Source: Candidatus Competibacteraceae bacterium (GTDB taxonomy: Bacteria; Pseudomonadota; Gammaproteobacteria; Competibacterales; Competibacteraceae). From it: 64,000 nucleotides of DNA. Positions 19,221 through 29,893 of the stretch are shown in pieces. Both the position numbers and the translations under genes were made by a program. Position 1 is the first letter of the stretch. Each line of letters begins with the position of its first letter. The notes beneath the pieces are model-generated. The model was not told the DNA's origin, searched no databases, and saw only the letters and a list, made by a program, of their open reading frames with translations. The stretch covers positions 3,451-67,450 of the forward strand of contig JAEUPW010000003.1 of the NCBI GenBank assembly GCA_016790045.1, in the 5' to 3' direction.

Positions 19221-21802
19221 ATCTCTCCATTCCCGAACTGTCGCTGGTCGTTTTGATCGGGGTGTCGGGGGCCGGGAAATCGACCTTCGCCCGCCGCTGC
19301 TTTCTGCCGACCGAAATCTTGTCCTCGGATCGCTGCCGGGGTTTGGTGTCGGACGACGAGAACGATCAAGCCGCCACCGGCGACGCTTTCGACGTGTTGC
19401 ATTTCATCGCCGCCAAGCGGCTGGCCGCCGGCCATTTGACCGTCATCGACGCCACCAACGTCCAGCCGGAAGCGCGCAAGCCCTTGGTGGCGCTGGCCCG
19501 CCAATACCATTGCCTTCCGGTCGCCCTGGTGCTCGACCCGCCGGAATCGCTTTGCCACGAACGCAATCGGGCGCGGGCGGATCGCGATTTCGGACCCCAC
19601 GTCATCCGCAACCAGCACAACCAATTGAAACGCTCGCTGCGCCATCTGGAGCGGGAAGGTTTCCGCCACGTCCACATCATCGGCGATCCGGCGGACATCG
19701 CCGCCGCGACCGTGATCCGCCAGCCGCTGTGGTGCAACCGCAAGCAGGAACGCGGGCCATTCGACCTGATCGGCGACCTTCACGGCTGTTACGATGAATT
19801 GCGCGAGCTGCTCTCGCGGTTGGGCTACGAACGCCGGCCGGACGACGCGGACGGGGCGGAGCCGACCTACCGCCATCCCGAAGGGCGCAAGGCGGTATTT
19901 CTGGGCGATCTGGTGGATCGTGGCCCGAACATTTCAGCGGTGCTGCGGCTGGTCATGGCGATGGTCGCATCCGGGAACGCACTGTGCGTGGCGGGCAACC
20001 ACGATGTGAAGCTGGCGCGAGCGCTGCGAGGCCGACAGGTCAAGATTTCGCACGGCTTGGCGGAATCGTTGCAGCAGTTGGAGCGCGAGCCGGACGATTT
20101 CCGCCGTCAGGCGGCGGAATTTCTGGACAAACTGGTGAGCCATTACGTGCTGGACGACGGGCGGCTGGTGGCGGCGCACGCCGGTTTGCGCGAGGATTTG
20201 CAAGGGCGCGGCTCCGGCCGGGTGCGGGAATTCGCGCTTTACGGCGACACCACCGGCGAGACCGACGAGTACGGTTTGCCGGTGCGGCACGACTGGGCGG
20301 CGGAGTATCGCGGCCGGGCGTGGGTGGTTTACGGCCACACCCCGACCCCGGTCGCGGAATGGCTCAACCGCACGATCTGCATCGATACCGGTTGCGTGTT
20401 CGGCGGCGCCTTGACCGCCTTGCGCTATCCGGAAAAAACGCTGGTTGCGGTGCCGGCGCGGCGGGAGTACTACCCGCCCGTCCGGCCGTTGCGCCCGCCG
20501 GAACAATCGCCCACCCTCAGCGCCCAACAACACGCTGACGATCTGTTGGATTTATCGGACGTGACCGGCAAGCGCATCCTGCACACGACCTTGCAGCCGG
20601 CCATCACCCTGCGCGAGGAAAACGCCGCCGCCGCGCTGGAAGCGATGAGCCGGTTCGCGGTCGATCCGAAATGGTTGATCTATCTGCCGCCGACCATGTC
20701 GCCACCGGAAACCAGCGGCCGAGACGGCTGGCTGGAGTTTCCCGCCGAGGCGCTGGACTACTACCGCCGTCTGGGACTAACCGAGCTGGTTTGCGAAGAA
20801 AAACACATGGGGTCGCGGGCCGTGATCATCCTGTGCCGCGATCGCGACGCCACCCGGCGGCGTTTTGGGATTCAGGATGAAAGTCTCGGAGTGGTGTATA
20901 CCCGCACCGGTCGGCCTTTCTTCAACGATGCGACGCTGGAACGCGATTTTTTGGCGCGCTTGCATCAAGCCGCCGAGGCTTGCGACTTTTGGGAGCGGCT
21001 GGCGACGGATTGGTGCTGTCTGGATACCGAGATCATGCCCTGGTCAGCCAAAGCTCAAGAGTTAGTGGCCCACCAGTACGCGGCGGTCGGCGCGGTGGCG
21101 CGCGCCACTCTCGGCGAGATCGAAAACGCGCTGCAACGCGCGCGCGCGAGAACCGATCTCGATCCCGCCGCCACCGCCACGCTGGCACGGCTGACGGCGG
21201 ATTACGCTCAACGCCTGGAGGCCACCCACCGCTACATTGCCGCCTACCGGCATTACTGCTGGCCAGTGCGCGGATTGGACGATCTGAAACTCGCGCCGTT
21301 TCACCTGCTCGCCAGCGGCGACCGCACGCATTTCGACCAGGATCATCGCTGGCATTTGGCGCAATTGGCGCGGCTGGCGGCGGCCGACCCGCAATGGATC
21401 GTCGCCACCCCGCATCGGACCGTGGCCTTGGACGATCCGGCCAGCGTCGGCGCGGCCATCGACTGGTGGCTGGCGCTAACCGAAGGCGGCGGCGAAGGCA
21501 TGGTGATTAAACCCTTGGCCTACATCGCACGCGGCCGGCGAGGTTTGGCGCAACCGGCGGTCAAATGTCGCGGACGGGACTATTTGCGCATCATTTACGG
21601 GCCGGAATACACCCGGCCGGAACATTTAGCCAGGCTGCGAAAACGCGGGCTGGGCGCCAAGCGCGGGCTGGCGCTGCGCGAATTCGCCTTGGGAATCGAG
21701 GCGCTGGAGCGCTTCTCGCGCCGCGAGCCGCTGCGCCGCGTCCACGAATGCGTGTTCGGTATTTTGGCCTTGGAAAGCGAGCCGGTCGATCCCCGGCTGT
21801 AA
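19217..21802 (+). CDS. pnkp: Polynucleotide kinase-phosphatase-ligase Pnkp (RNA repair)
   Basis: Kinase P-loop GVSGAGKS, metallophosphoesterase GDLHG/GDLVDRG/GNHD, ligase motifs EEKHMGSR and EGMVIKP, C-terminal ESEPVDPRL. ATGA overlap with hen1. Confidence 0.95.
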   Translation: MNLSIPELSLVVLIGVSGAGKSTFARRCFLPTEILSSDRCRGLVSDDENDQAATGDAFDVLHFIAAKRLAAGHLTVIDATNVQPEARKPLVALARQYHCLPVALVLDPPESLCHERNRARADRDFGPHVIRNQHNQLKRSLRHLEREGFRHVHIIGDPADIAAATVIRQPLWCNRKQERGPFDLIGDLHGCYDELRELLSRLGYERRPDDADGAEPTYRHPEGRKAVFLGDLVDRGPNISAVLRLVMAMVASGNALCVAGNHDVKLARALRGRQVKISHGLAESLQQLEREPDDFRRQAAEFLDKLVSHYVLDDGRLVAAHAGLREDLQGRGSGRVREFALYGDTTGETDEYGLPVRHDWAAEYRGRAWVVYGHTPTPVAEWLNRTICIDTGCVFGGALTALRYPEKTLVAVPARREYYPPVRPLRPPEQSPTLSAQQHADDLLDLSDVTGKRILHTTLQPAITLREENAAAALEAMSRFAVDPKWLIYLPPTMSPPETSGRDGWLEFPAEALDYYRRLGLTELVCEEKHMGSRAVIILCRDRDATRRRFGIQDESLGVVYTRTGRPFFNDATLERDFLARLHQAAEACDFWERLATDWCCLDTEIMPWSAKAQELVAHQYAAVGAVARATLGEIENALQRARARTDLDPAATATLARLTADYAQRLEATHRYIAAYRHYCWPVRGLDDLKLAPFHLLASGDRTHFDQDHRWHLAQLARLAAADPQWIVATPHRTVALDDPASVGAAIDWWLALTEGGGEGMVIKPLAYIARGRRGLAQPAVKCRGRDYLRIIYGPEYTRPEHLARLRKRGLGAKRGLALREFALGIEALERFSRREPLRRVHECVFGILALESEPVDPRL

Positions 21803-22405
21803 TCATTCCTCGGCCGGATCTTCCTGAGTCTCCGCCCACAAACCGACCAGTTCCAAGGCGATTTCCGCGAACGGCTCTACCGTCACGACATCTTGGTCCT
21901 GAAACGACCCGATCACGGTCCAACGGCCGTCGCGCAATGCGAACGCTTCCAAAATATGGGCCAACGGGTCCACCAGCCAGAGATAGGGCACGCCATATCG
22001 TGCGTAGAGAGGCATCTTGACCACGCGGTCGATTCGGGCGGTGGAAGGCGAGAGGATTTCGCACACCCAATCCGGTACAACTTCAATCCGATGATCGCGA
22101 GGCAAACGCGGCATTCGCCGCCTCCGCCAGCCCGCCAGATCGGGAACAAGCACCTCGGTATCCCGGATGAAATGCACTTCAGGCTCAAGCAAGATCCACC
22201 ATCCGCCCGGTCCGCCGCGACCTCGATGGTAAGGACCTCCAATATCCACGCTCAAGCCCGCCCCCGCCAAAGCATGGAGCGTGGTCGGACGCGGCTGAGC
22301 GTACAAGCGCCCGCCGATGATTTCGCCGGTCAGATGATCCGGCAGGGCTTCGAGTTGGGCGTAAAGATCGACCGACGACTTTGAGTGATTCCGAGCGGCG
22401 GACAT
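21803..22405 (-). CDS. Uma2 (DUF820) family PD-(D/E)xK putative endonuclease
   Basis: EIIGGRL, GGWWILLEPE, VPDLAGW, PDWVCEILSPST, KMPLYARYGVPYLWLVDP. Start 22405 or 22420. Confidence 0.9.
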   Translation of the reverse strand: MSAARNHSKSSVDLYAQLEALPDHLTGEIIGGRLYAQPRPTTLHALAGAGLSVDIGGPYHRGRGGPGGWWILLEPEVHFIRDTEVLVPDLAGWRRRRMPRLPRDHRIEVVPDWVCEILSPSTARIDRVVKMPLYARYGVPYLWLVDPLAHILEAFALRDGRWTVIGSFQDQDVVTVEPFAEIALELVGLWAETQEDPAEE

Positions 22406-22470
22406 GGCAACCCCCTTCATTCACCCGGCAGCGTTTTCAAGTTGAATCCCGACAGCCCGAGGGCAAACGA

Positions 22471-22896
22471 TCAAGCCGCTTGGCTTTTTTCCTTCTCCTC
22501 CTCCAAATGTTTGCAGTCGATGCACAATTCCGCCGTGGGCCGGGCTTCCAGCCGGCGCAACCCGATTTCCACGCCGCAGGCTTCGCAATAGCCGTACTCG
22601 TCGAGATTCAGCCGGTTCAACGCCTTGTCGATCTTGTGCAACAGCTTGCGCTCCCGATCCCGCGCCCGCAAATTGATCGAAAATTCCTCTTCCTGGCTGG
22701 CGCGATCATTGGGGTCGGGCAAGTTCAGCGGCTCGTCTTGCATGGTGTGGACGGTGCGCCGGCTTTCCTCCATAAGATCTCGTTTCCAGGCCAGGAGGAT
22801 GGTGCGGAAATGGGCCTTTTGCTGATCGTTCATATAATCCTCGCCCTCCTCCGCGCTATAGGGCGCCGATCCCGTAAAGGTTTCACTCATCGTCAT
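22471..22896 (-). CDS. dksA: RNA polymerase-binding transcription factor DksA
   Basis: DYMNDQQKAHF, coiled-coil tip PDPNDRA, 4-Cys zinc finger CEAC...CIDC, RRLEARPTA. Confidence 0.95.
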   Translation of the reverse strand: MTMSETFTGSAPYSAEEGEDYMNDQQKAHFRTILLAWKRDLMEESRRTVHTMQDEPLNLPDPNDRASQEEEFSINLRARDRERKLLHKIDKALNRLNLDEYGYCEACGVEIGLRRLEARPTAELCIDCKHLEEEKEKSQAA

Positions 22897-23055
22897 TCGC
22901 CTTCAATCGATTCGATGCTCGTGGTCGCTAATGAAATGACTTCAATCGATAAAATAGTGCCGGAGCGGCATCCGGCTTGGCGGATGCCCAACCGTCGCGC
23001 ATAACACCATAGACCATTCCGCCGCAGATTTCCGTCAAGTGCCTCTCCGCCGCCC

Positions 23056-24039
23056 TCAAGAGGCAGCTCGCTCTTTGCCCAGACAATCCCGCAGGGAGGC
23101 CGACAATCCGCGCAAAAGCTGAAAATAAGCCTCCGGGCCCGCCGGCAATTCCGCGCCCAGCGGATCGAGAACGCCCCGGTGGGCGGCGCTGCCCGCCAGC
23201 AGGGTCTCCACCAAGGCCGGCTGAAATTGCGGCTCGCTGAACACGCAACGCACCTTGAGACCGCGAATTCGCGACCGAATTTCCGTTATCCTCCGGGCTC
23301 CCGGCCGCTGCTCCGGGCTCAAGACGACCGAGCCGGCCGCACCGAGGCCGTAGCGCCGTTCAAAGTACTGATAGGCGTCGTGAAATACGATATACGGCCG
23401 CTCCCGCACCGGGGCCAGCTCCGCCGCGATCTGCCGGTCCAACTGCTCCAGGCGCTCGATGAGCAGCGCGCCGTTGCGCTCGTAATCGGCCCGATGAGCC
23501 GGATCGACCTCGCCGAGCGCCGAGACGATATGGCGGACCATGGCGACCGCGTTGCGCGGGTCCAGCCAGACATGCGCGTCGCGCCCAAATTTCTCATCGC
23601 CGTGGGCGGCGTTTGCGTGCCGGTGCTCTCCCGGCGTGGCAGGGTCATGCGCATGCGTCTCCCAAGCCCCGCCCGAGCGCAGCGGCAACACCGCCAAGCC
23701 CGGCGCGTCCGACAACCGGATCGACCGCACCCGCTCCTTGGCGTTATCCAGCGGCTTGACCAGAAAGGTTTCCAGCTCCGGGCCGATCCAAAACACTGCA
23801 TCCGCCTCGGAGAGCGCGCGCGCGTCCGACGGCCGCAGGCTGTAGTCGTGCGGCGACGCGCCGCCCTGAACCAGCAGCGCCGGTTCGGCCACGCCGTGCA
23901 TGACGCCCGCCACCAGCGAATGCAACGGTTTGATGCTGGCCGCGACCCGCGCCTCGGCCCATGCCGGCGACGGCGGCAACAACGCCCAACACCCTAGCCA
24001 AAGCAGCCACCTTAACCGCAGCCTGTTACATTTTGTCAT
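23056..24039 (-). CDS. znuA: Zinc ABC transporter substrate-binding protein
   Basis: Signal peptide, ASIKPL, ASPHDYSLRPSD, His-containing loop, HVWLDP, FHDAYQYF. Divergent from zur-znuCB. Confidence 0.92.
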   Translation of the reverse strand: MTKCNRLRLRWLLWLGCWALLPPSPAWAEARVAASIKPLHSLVAGVMHGVAEPALLVQGGASPHDYSLRPSDARALSEADAVFWIGPELETFLVKPLDNAKERVRSIRLSDAPGLAVLPLRSGGAWETHAHDPATPGEHRHANAAHGDEKFGRDAHVWLDPRNAVAMVRHIVSALGEVDPAHRADYERNGALLIERLEQLDRQIAAELAPVRERPYIVFHDAYQYFERRYGLGAAGSVVLSPEQRPGARRITEIRSRIRGLKVRCVFSEPQFQPALVETLLAGSAAHRGVLDPLGAELPAGPEAYFQLLRGLSASLRDCLGKERAAS

Positions 24040-24054
24040 GCGCTTTTTCCGTTA

Positions 24055-24069
24055 TGTTATAAAGTAACA
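24055..24069. promoter_or_regulatory. Zur box
   Basis: TGTTAT-AAA-GTAACA, one mismatch to TGTTAT-N3-ATAACA, in the 76-bp znuA/zur divergent spacer. Confidence 0.8.
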
Positions 24070-24115
24070 ATTGCTATAAGATCATATTTGTCAAACCCGA
24101 TTCAAGTCAGAGTCC

Positions 24116-24607
24116 GTGGACGAACTCGCACAATCCGACCCTTCTCCCGCCGCCGAGACGCGGTGGGCGTTGGCGCGCGCGGCGACGCTATGCGAACAGC
24201 GGGGCACGCGCTTGACCGACTTGCGCAAGCGGGTGCTGGAAATCATTTGGAGCAGCCCCGTTCCCTTGGGCGCTTACGCGATTTTGGACGTGTTGCGCGA
24301 CGACGGCCGCCAAGGCGCTCCGCCCACCGTCTACCGGGCGCTGGATTTTCTGCTGGAACAGGGCTTGATTCACCGCTTGGCCACCCTGAACGTCTTCACC
24401 GGCTGCCGTCGTCCGGACAGCTTTCACGGCGGGCAATTTCTGATCTGCCGGGACTGCGGCCAGGTGGACGAATTGAACAACCCGACGGTCGAGGCGCTGC
24501 TGCGCGCCGAAGCGGCTTCCCGGCGGTTCGATGCGCTTTCCCAGATGATCGAAGTGTTGGGTCGCTGCCCGGAATGCCGGCGCGAAGCGGAATCCCATGC
24601 TCGCTGA
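24116..24607 (+). CDS. zur: Zinc uptake regulator (Fur family)
   Basis: [28 protein letters not shown], two CxxC motifs (CRDC, CPEC). Confidence 0.92.
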   Translation: MDELAQSDPSPAAETRWALARAATLCEQRGTRLTDLRKRVLEIIWSSPVPLGAYAILDVLRDDGRQGAPPTVYRALDFLLEQGLIHRLATLNVFTGCRRPDSFHGGQFLICRDCGQVDELNNPTVEALLRAEAASRRFDALSQMIEVLGRCPECRREAESHAR

Positions 24608-25361
24608 AACCTTGTTGACCGTCGAAAAGCTGAGTCTGGCCATCCGGGGCAACCCGATCCTGCACGCGGTCGATCTTCGGGTCCGGGCGGGCGAGATCGT
24701 GGCCTTGATCGGCCCTAACGGCGCGGGCAAATCCACCCTGGTGCGCTGCGTCCTGGGCCTGATCCGTCCGGACAGCGGCCGGGTCGCGCTCAAACCGGGC
24801 CTGCGGATCGGTTACATGCCCCAACGCTTGACCGTGGACAGCACTTTGCCGTTGACCGTGCGCCGCTTCATCACGCTCGGCACGCCGGCGTCGCGGGGAC
24901 AGACGCTCGAAATTTTGACCGAAGTCGGTGCCGAGGAAATCATGGAGACTCCGGTGCAAGCGATCTCCGGAGGCGAGCTGCAACGGGTGCTGCTGGCGCG
25001 GGCGCTGCTGCGCCGGCCCGATCTGCTGGTGTTGGACGAGCCGGTCCAAGGCGTGGATTTGAACGGCCAATACGAGCTGTACGACCTGATCGGCGCGGTC
25101 AGGAAACGGCGGGGTTGCGGCATCCTGATGGTGTCGCACGAGTTGCATTTGGTCATGGCCAGCACCGACCAGGTCATTTGCCTCAACCGCCACATCTGCT
25201 GCTCCGGCCATCCCGACCACGTGGCCCGCGATCCCGCTTTTCTCGAACTGTTCGGCATCGAAGGCGCGCGCTCCATGGCGATCTATCACCACCATCACAA
25301 CCACCGTCACGATCTGCATGGAACCGTGGTGGAACCGGCGGAGGATGGCGCGCATGGATGA
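24597..25361 (+). CDS. znuC: Zinc ABC transporter ATPase
   Basis: [33 protein letters not shown], His-rich tail. Confidence 0.93.
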   Translation: MLAETLLTVEKLSLAIRGNPILHAVDLRVRAGEIVALIGPNGAGKSTLVRCVLGLIRPDSGRVALKPGLRIGYMPQRLTVDSTLPLTVRRFITLGTPASRGQTLEILTEVGAEEIMETPVQAISGGELQRVLLARALLRRPDLLVLDEPVQGVDLNGQYELYDLIGAVRKRRGCGILMVSHELHLVMASTDQVICLNRHICCSGHPDHVARDPAFLELFGIEGARSMAIYHHHHNHRHDLHGTVVEPAEDGAHG

Positions 25362-26148
25362 TTTCGTGGCGCGCGCCTTGTTGGGCGGCGCGGGCGTGGC
25401 GCTGGCCGCCGGGCCGCTCGGAACCTTCATCGTCTGGCGGCGGATGGCCTATTTCGGCGATACCCTGGCGCACTCGGGTTTGCTGGGCGTGGTGCTCGGC
25501 GCGGTGCTCGGCATCAACCCCGAATTGGGCGTGGTGCTGACCTGCCTGTCCGTCGCTTTGATCCTGGTCCTGCTACAGCGACAACGTGCGCTGGCCACCG
25601 ACACCCTGCTCGGTATCCTCGCCCACACCGCGCTGTCGCTGGGGCTGGTCGCGCTCGCCTTTCTGGAAACGGTGAGGGTCGATCTGGTCAGCTATCTTTT
25701 TGGCGACATCCTGTCGATCAACGCCACCGACCTTTACTGGATTTGGGGCGGCAACCTCGCGGCGCTGGCGGCGCTGGCCGGATTGTGGCGGCCGCTGCTG
25801 GCGGCCACCGTTCACGAAGAGCTGGCGCGGGTCGAAGGCGTGCCGGTTTTTCAGATACGCCTGACCTTCATGCTGTTGATCGCCGTCGTGATCGCGGTGG
25901 CGATGAAAGTGGTCGGCATCCTGCTCATCACCTCGCTCCTCATTATTCCGGCGGCGGCGGCGCGCCGTTTCGCCCGCACGCCGGAAGGCATGGCGGTGTT
26001 GGCGAGCGCGTTTGGCTGCGCGGCGATCGGCGCGGGCTTGTGGGCGTCGTTGCGTTGGGACACGCCGGCAGGCCCCTCGGTCGTGGTGGCGGCGACCGCG
26101 CTGTTCGCGCTGGGTTCGGCCGCCCCAAAACGCTTGCGCGGGCGCTAG
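25354..26148 (+). CDS. znuB: Zinc ABC transporter permease
   Basis: [44 protein letters not shown] 25354 overlaps the znuC end. Confidence 0.93.
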   Translation: MDDFVARALLGGAGVALAAGPLGTFIVWRRMAYFGDTLAHSGLLGVVLGAVLGINPELGVVLTCLSVALILVLLQRQRALATDTLLGILAHTALSLGLVALAFLETVRVDLVSYLFGDILSINATDLYWIWGGNLAALAALAGLWRPLLAATVHEELARVEGVPVFQIRLTFMLLIAVVIAVAMKVVGILLITSLLIIPAAAARRFARTPEGMAVLASAFGCAAIGAGLWASLRWDTPAGPSVVVAATALFALGSAAPKRLRGR

Positions 26149-26346
26149 CGGTTGGCCGGAAGCGACGGCGGCAGCGGTTGCGACGCCGCCGCAATTACCC
26201 TAGTCTAAACAGACGCTTTGACTCATTGCGGTTTGCGAGCGCAGAAAAACCGGCATGAAACCTTCGCTGTCGCCTTCACTCGCCCCCTACCCCTCACGGC
26301 CGCGGCCAAGCTTGGCCGAGCGGCCGCTCTACCCTGTTTACAAGAG

Positions 26347-29283
26347 ATGGTCGTGAACACTGCAAACAACACTGCCCCCCGGCGTCCCTTGTCCGCGTTG
26401 GACAACAGCCCGGAATTCATCGCCCGCCACATCGGACCGAGCGCCGCCGAGCAAACCCGGATGTTGTCCGCGCTCGGTTTTGACTCGATGGAGGCTTTCA
26501 TCGCCCAGGTCGTGCCCGCCGGCATTCGCGCCGACCGACCGCTGGCCCTCGACCCGGCCCGCAGCGAGGCGCAAGTCCTGGCGGCGCTGCGGCGCGTGGC
26601 CGCGAAGAATCAAACGTTTCGCTCTTTGTTGGGGATGGGCTATGCGGATACCTACACTCCCTCGGTCATTCTGCGCAACGTGCTGGAAAATCCGGCCTGG
26701 TACACGTCCTACACCCCGTACCAGCCGGAAATCTCGCAAGGGCGGCTGGAGGCTTTGCTGAATTTCCAGACCATGATCGCGGATCTCACCGGCATGGAGA
26801 TCGCCAACGCCTCGCTGCTGGATGAAGCGACGGCGGCGGCCGAGGCGATGACCTTCTGCCGGCGGCTATCGAAGTCCAAGAGTGACACTTTCTTTGTCTC
26901 CGAAGGCTGCCACCCGCAAACCGTCGAGGTCGTGCGCACGCGCGCCGAGCCGCTCGGCCTGGCGGTGGTCACGGGCGATCACCGCCGCGATCTCGACGCC
27001 TTCGACGGGTTCGGAATCCTGGTGCAATACCCCGCCACCTCCGGCGAAATCCACGACTACGCCGACACCATCGCCAACGCCCAGGCCAAAGGCGCGCTGG
27101 CGGTGGTCGCCGCCGATTTGCTGGCCCTGACTCTGCTCAAGCCACCGGGCGAATTCGGGGCCGACGTGGTGGTCGGTTCGGCCCAGCGCTTCGGCGTGCC
27201 GCTCGGTTACGGCGGCCCGCACGCGGCGTTCTTCGCCACCCGCGAGCGTTTCAAGCGCGACATGCCCGGCCGGCTGGTCGGCGTTTCCATCGACGGCAAG
27301 GGCAACAAAGCCCTGCGGCTGGCGATGCAGGTGCGCGAGCAGCACATCCGCCGGGAAAAGGCCACCAGCAACATCTGCACGGCGCAAGCGCTGCTGGCGA
27401 TCATGGCCGGGCTGTACGCGGCCTATCACGGCCCCGAAGGCTTGAAGGCCATCGCCGAACGGGTGCACGGCCTGGCCGCGACCCTGGCGGAAGGGATCGG
27501 CCAATTGGGCCACGAGGTCACGACAGCCGCCTTTTTCGATACGCTCACCGTCAAGACCGGACAGAGGACCGAGGCGATTCGCGCGGCGGCGCGCGAGCGT
27601 GGCATCAACCTGCGCGCGCTCGGCGGCGACGCTATCGGCATCGCGCTGGATGAAAAAAGCACCGTCGAGGAGGTGAAAACGCTGTGGGCCGCGTTCGCCG
27701 AGGCGGCTTCGGCCGCGCCGGACTTCGCCGCCGTCGAAGCCAAAGCCGCCGGCCGCATCCCGGCCGCTCTCGGCCGGACTTCCGAGTTTTTGACCCATCC
27801 GGCGTTCAACACCTATCACTCGGAAACCGAGATGCTGCGCTATCTGCGGTTTCTGGCCGACCGCGACTTGGCGCTGGACCGCTGCATGATCCCGCTCGGC
27901 TCCTGCACCATGAAACTCAACGCCGCCACCGAAATGATCCCGGTGACTTGGCCCGAATTCGGCGGCCTGCACCCGATGGCCCCGCCCGATCAAGCCCAGG
28001 GCTACGCGGAGCTGTTCGCGGATTTGGAACGGATGCTGGTAGCGTGCACCGGCTACGACGCGGTGTCGCTCCAGCCCAACGCCGGCTCGCAGGGCGAATA
28101 CGCCGGGATGCTGGCGATCCGCGCCTATCACGCCAGCCGGGGCGAAGGCGGACGCAACATCTGCCTGATCCCGTCCTCGGCCCACGGCACCAATCCCGCC
28201 ACCGCGCACATGGTCGGCATGCAGGTGGTGGTGGTGGCCTGCGACCCGCGCGGCAACGTCGATTTGAACGACCTCAAGGCCAAGGCCGAGAAACACGCGG
28301 CCCACCTGGCGGCGATCATGATCACCTATCCGTCCACCCACGGCGTGTTCGAAGAAGCGATCCGCGAGATTTGCGCCATCGTCCATTCCTGCGGCGGTCA
28401 GGTCTACATCGACGGCGCCAACCTCAACGCGATGGTGGGCCTGTGCCAGCCCGGCCAGATCGGCGGCGACGTGTCGCATTTCAACCTGCATAAAACCTTT
28501 TGCATCCCCCACGGCGGCGGCGGCCCCGGCGTCGGACCGGTCGGCGTCAAAGCGCATCTCGCGCCGTTCCTGCCGGGCCATTGCCTGTGGCCGGAGCGCG
28601 CGTCCGGCGCGGTTTCGGCGGCGGCCTGGGGCAGCGCCAGCATCCTGCCGATCAGTTGGACTTACATCAGCCTGATGGGGCGCGAGGGGCTCAAGCGGGC
28701 CAGCGAGGTCGCCATCCTCAACGCCAACTACATCGCCCACCGCCTCGCGCCGCACTATCCGGTCTTGTATACCGGTGCCGGCGGCCGGGTGGCGCACGAG
28801 TGCATCATCGATCTGCGCCGGCTGAAAGACCGCGCCGGCGTGACCGTCGATGACGTGGCCAAACGGCTGATCGACTTCGGTTTTCACGCGCCGACCATGT
28901 CCTTTCCGGTCGCCGGCACCCTGATGATCGAGCCGACCGAAAGCGAGCCCAAATCGGAGCTTGACCGGTTCTGCGATGCCATGATCCGCATCCGCGAGGA
29001 AATCCGCGCCATCGAAACCGGCGCGATGCCCGCCGCCGACAACCCGCTGAAGAACGCGCCGCATACGGCGCTGGATTTGGCGGGCGAGTGGAGCCATCCG
29101 TACAGCCGCGAACAGGCGGCGTTTCCGGTCGCCGGCTTGCGCGCCGCCAAATATTTCCCGCCGGTGGGCCGGGTGGATAACGTTTACGGGGACCGCAATC
29201 TGGTTTGCGCGTGCCCGCCGCTCTCCGCTTACGGCGAACAAAGCGTTTATGCCGGCGCTCGACCCGCCTCAGCAGAGAATTAA
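26347..29283 (+). CDS. gcvP: Glycine dehydrogenase (glycine cleavage P protein)
   Basis: [49 protein letters not shown] lysine NLHKTF. Confidence 0.96.
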   Translation: MVVNTANNTAPRRPLSALDNSPEFIARHIGPSAAEQTRMLSALGFDSMEAFIAQVVPAGIRADRPLALDPARSEAQVLAALRRVAAKNQTFRSLLGMGYADTYTPSVILRNVLENPAWYTSYTPYQPEISQGRLEALLNFQTMIADLTGMEIANASLLDEATAAAEAMTFCRRLSKSKSDTFFVSEGCHPQTVEVVRTRAEPLGLAVVTGDHRRDLDAFDGFGILVQYPATSGEIHDYADTIANAQAKGALAVVAADLLALTLLKPPGEFGADVVVGSAQRFGVPLGYGGPHAAFFATRERFKRDMPGRLVGVSIDGKGNKALRLAMQVREQHIRREKATSNICTAQALLAIMAGLYAAYHGPEGLKAIAERVHGLAATLAEGIGQLGHEVTTAAFFDTLTVKTGQRTEAIRAAARERGINLRALGGDAIGIALDEKSTVEEVKTLWAAFAEAASAAPDFAAVEAKAAGRIPAALGRTSEFLTHPAFNTYHSETEMLRYLRFLADRDLALDRCMIPLGSCTMKLNAATEMIPVTWPEFGGLHPMAPPDQAQGYAELFADLERMLVACTGYDAVSLQPNAGSQGEYAGMLAIRAYHASRGEGGRNICLIPSSAHGTNPATAHMVGMQVVVVACDPRGNVDLNDLKAKAEKHAAHLAAIMITYPSTHGVFEEAIREICAIVHSCGGQVYIDGANLNAMVGLCQPGQIGGDVSHFNLHKTFCIPHGGGGPGVGPVGVKAHLAPFLPGHCLWPERASGAVSAAAWGSASILPISWTYISLMGREGLKRASEVAILNANYIAHRLAPHYPVLYTGAGGRVAHECIIDLRRLKDRAGVTVDDVAKRLIDFGFHAPTMSFPVAGTLMIEPTESEPKSELDRFCDAMIRIREEIRAIETGAMPAADNPLKNAPHTALDLAGEWSHPYSREQAAFPVAGLRAAKYFPPVGRVDNVYGDRNLVCACPPLSAYGEQSVYAGARPASAEN

Positions 29284-29286
29284 ACC

Positions 29287-29799
29287 ATGATGACATCCAT
29301 CGTTCTGACCGTGATCGGTCAAGACAAGCCGGGGTTGGTCAAGGCGGTCTCGCAAAAGATCGTCTCCGGCGGCGGCAACTGGCTGGACTCGCGCATGGCG
29401 AGCCTGGCCGGCCAGTTTGCCGGTTTGCTTCTGGTCAGCGTGCCCCGAACAAAAGCCGACGCCCTGATCGCCTCGTTGCAGTCGTTGGAACGAGACGGTT
29501 TGCGGCTGATGATCGAGCGCGGCGCCGAGACCGCGCCGGCGGCGGGCCGCACGCTCAAGCTCGATCTGACCGGCCACGACCGGCCCGGCATCGTGCGCGA
29601 TATTTCCGACGTTCTGGCGCGGCGGCAGGTCAATATCGAAGAAATGGAAACCGCTTTCTTCAGCGGTTCGTTCTCCGGCGAAGACCTGTTCGAGATGCGC
29701 GCCACCCTGCGCGCGCCGGCGGAGTTGACCGACTTCGCGTTGCGCGAGGCTTTCGAGAGTTTGGCGAGCGATTTGATGGTGGATATCACCCTCGCCTAG
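29287..29799 (+). CDS. Tandem ACT-domain protein (GcvR-like)
   Basis: Two ACT motifs, GQDKPGLV and GHDRPGIV. Lies between gcvP and gcvT. Confidence 0.85.
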   Translation: MMTSIVLTVIGQDKPGLVKAVSQKIVSGGGNWLDSRMASLAGQFAGLLLVSVPRTKADALIASLQSLERDGLRLMIERGAETAPAAGRTLKLDLTGHDRPGIVRDISDVLARRQVNIEEMETAFFSGSFSGEDLFEMRATLRAPAELTDFALREAFESLASDLMVDITLA

Positions 29800-29893
29800 C
29801 GCCCGGCCCGCGCTCGTTTCCAGCGACCTGCCGGGAGGGCTGGCGCCGCGCGCGCCGCCCTCGCCCGGTTTCACCCCACTTTGGACGCATGAC

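Noticed and set aside
26250-26270. Sigma54-like GGCATGAAACCTTCGC upstream of gcvP
   Set aside because: GG-to-GC spacing is 12 rather than the required 10.
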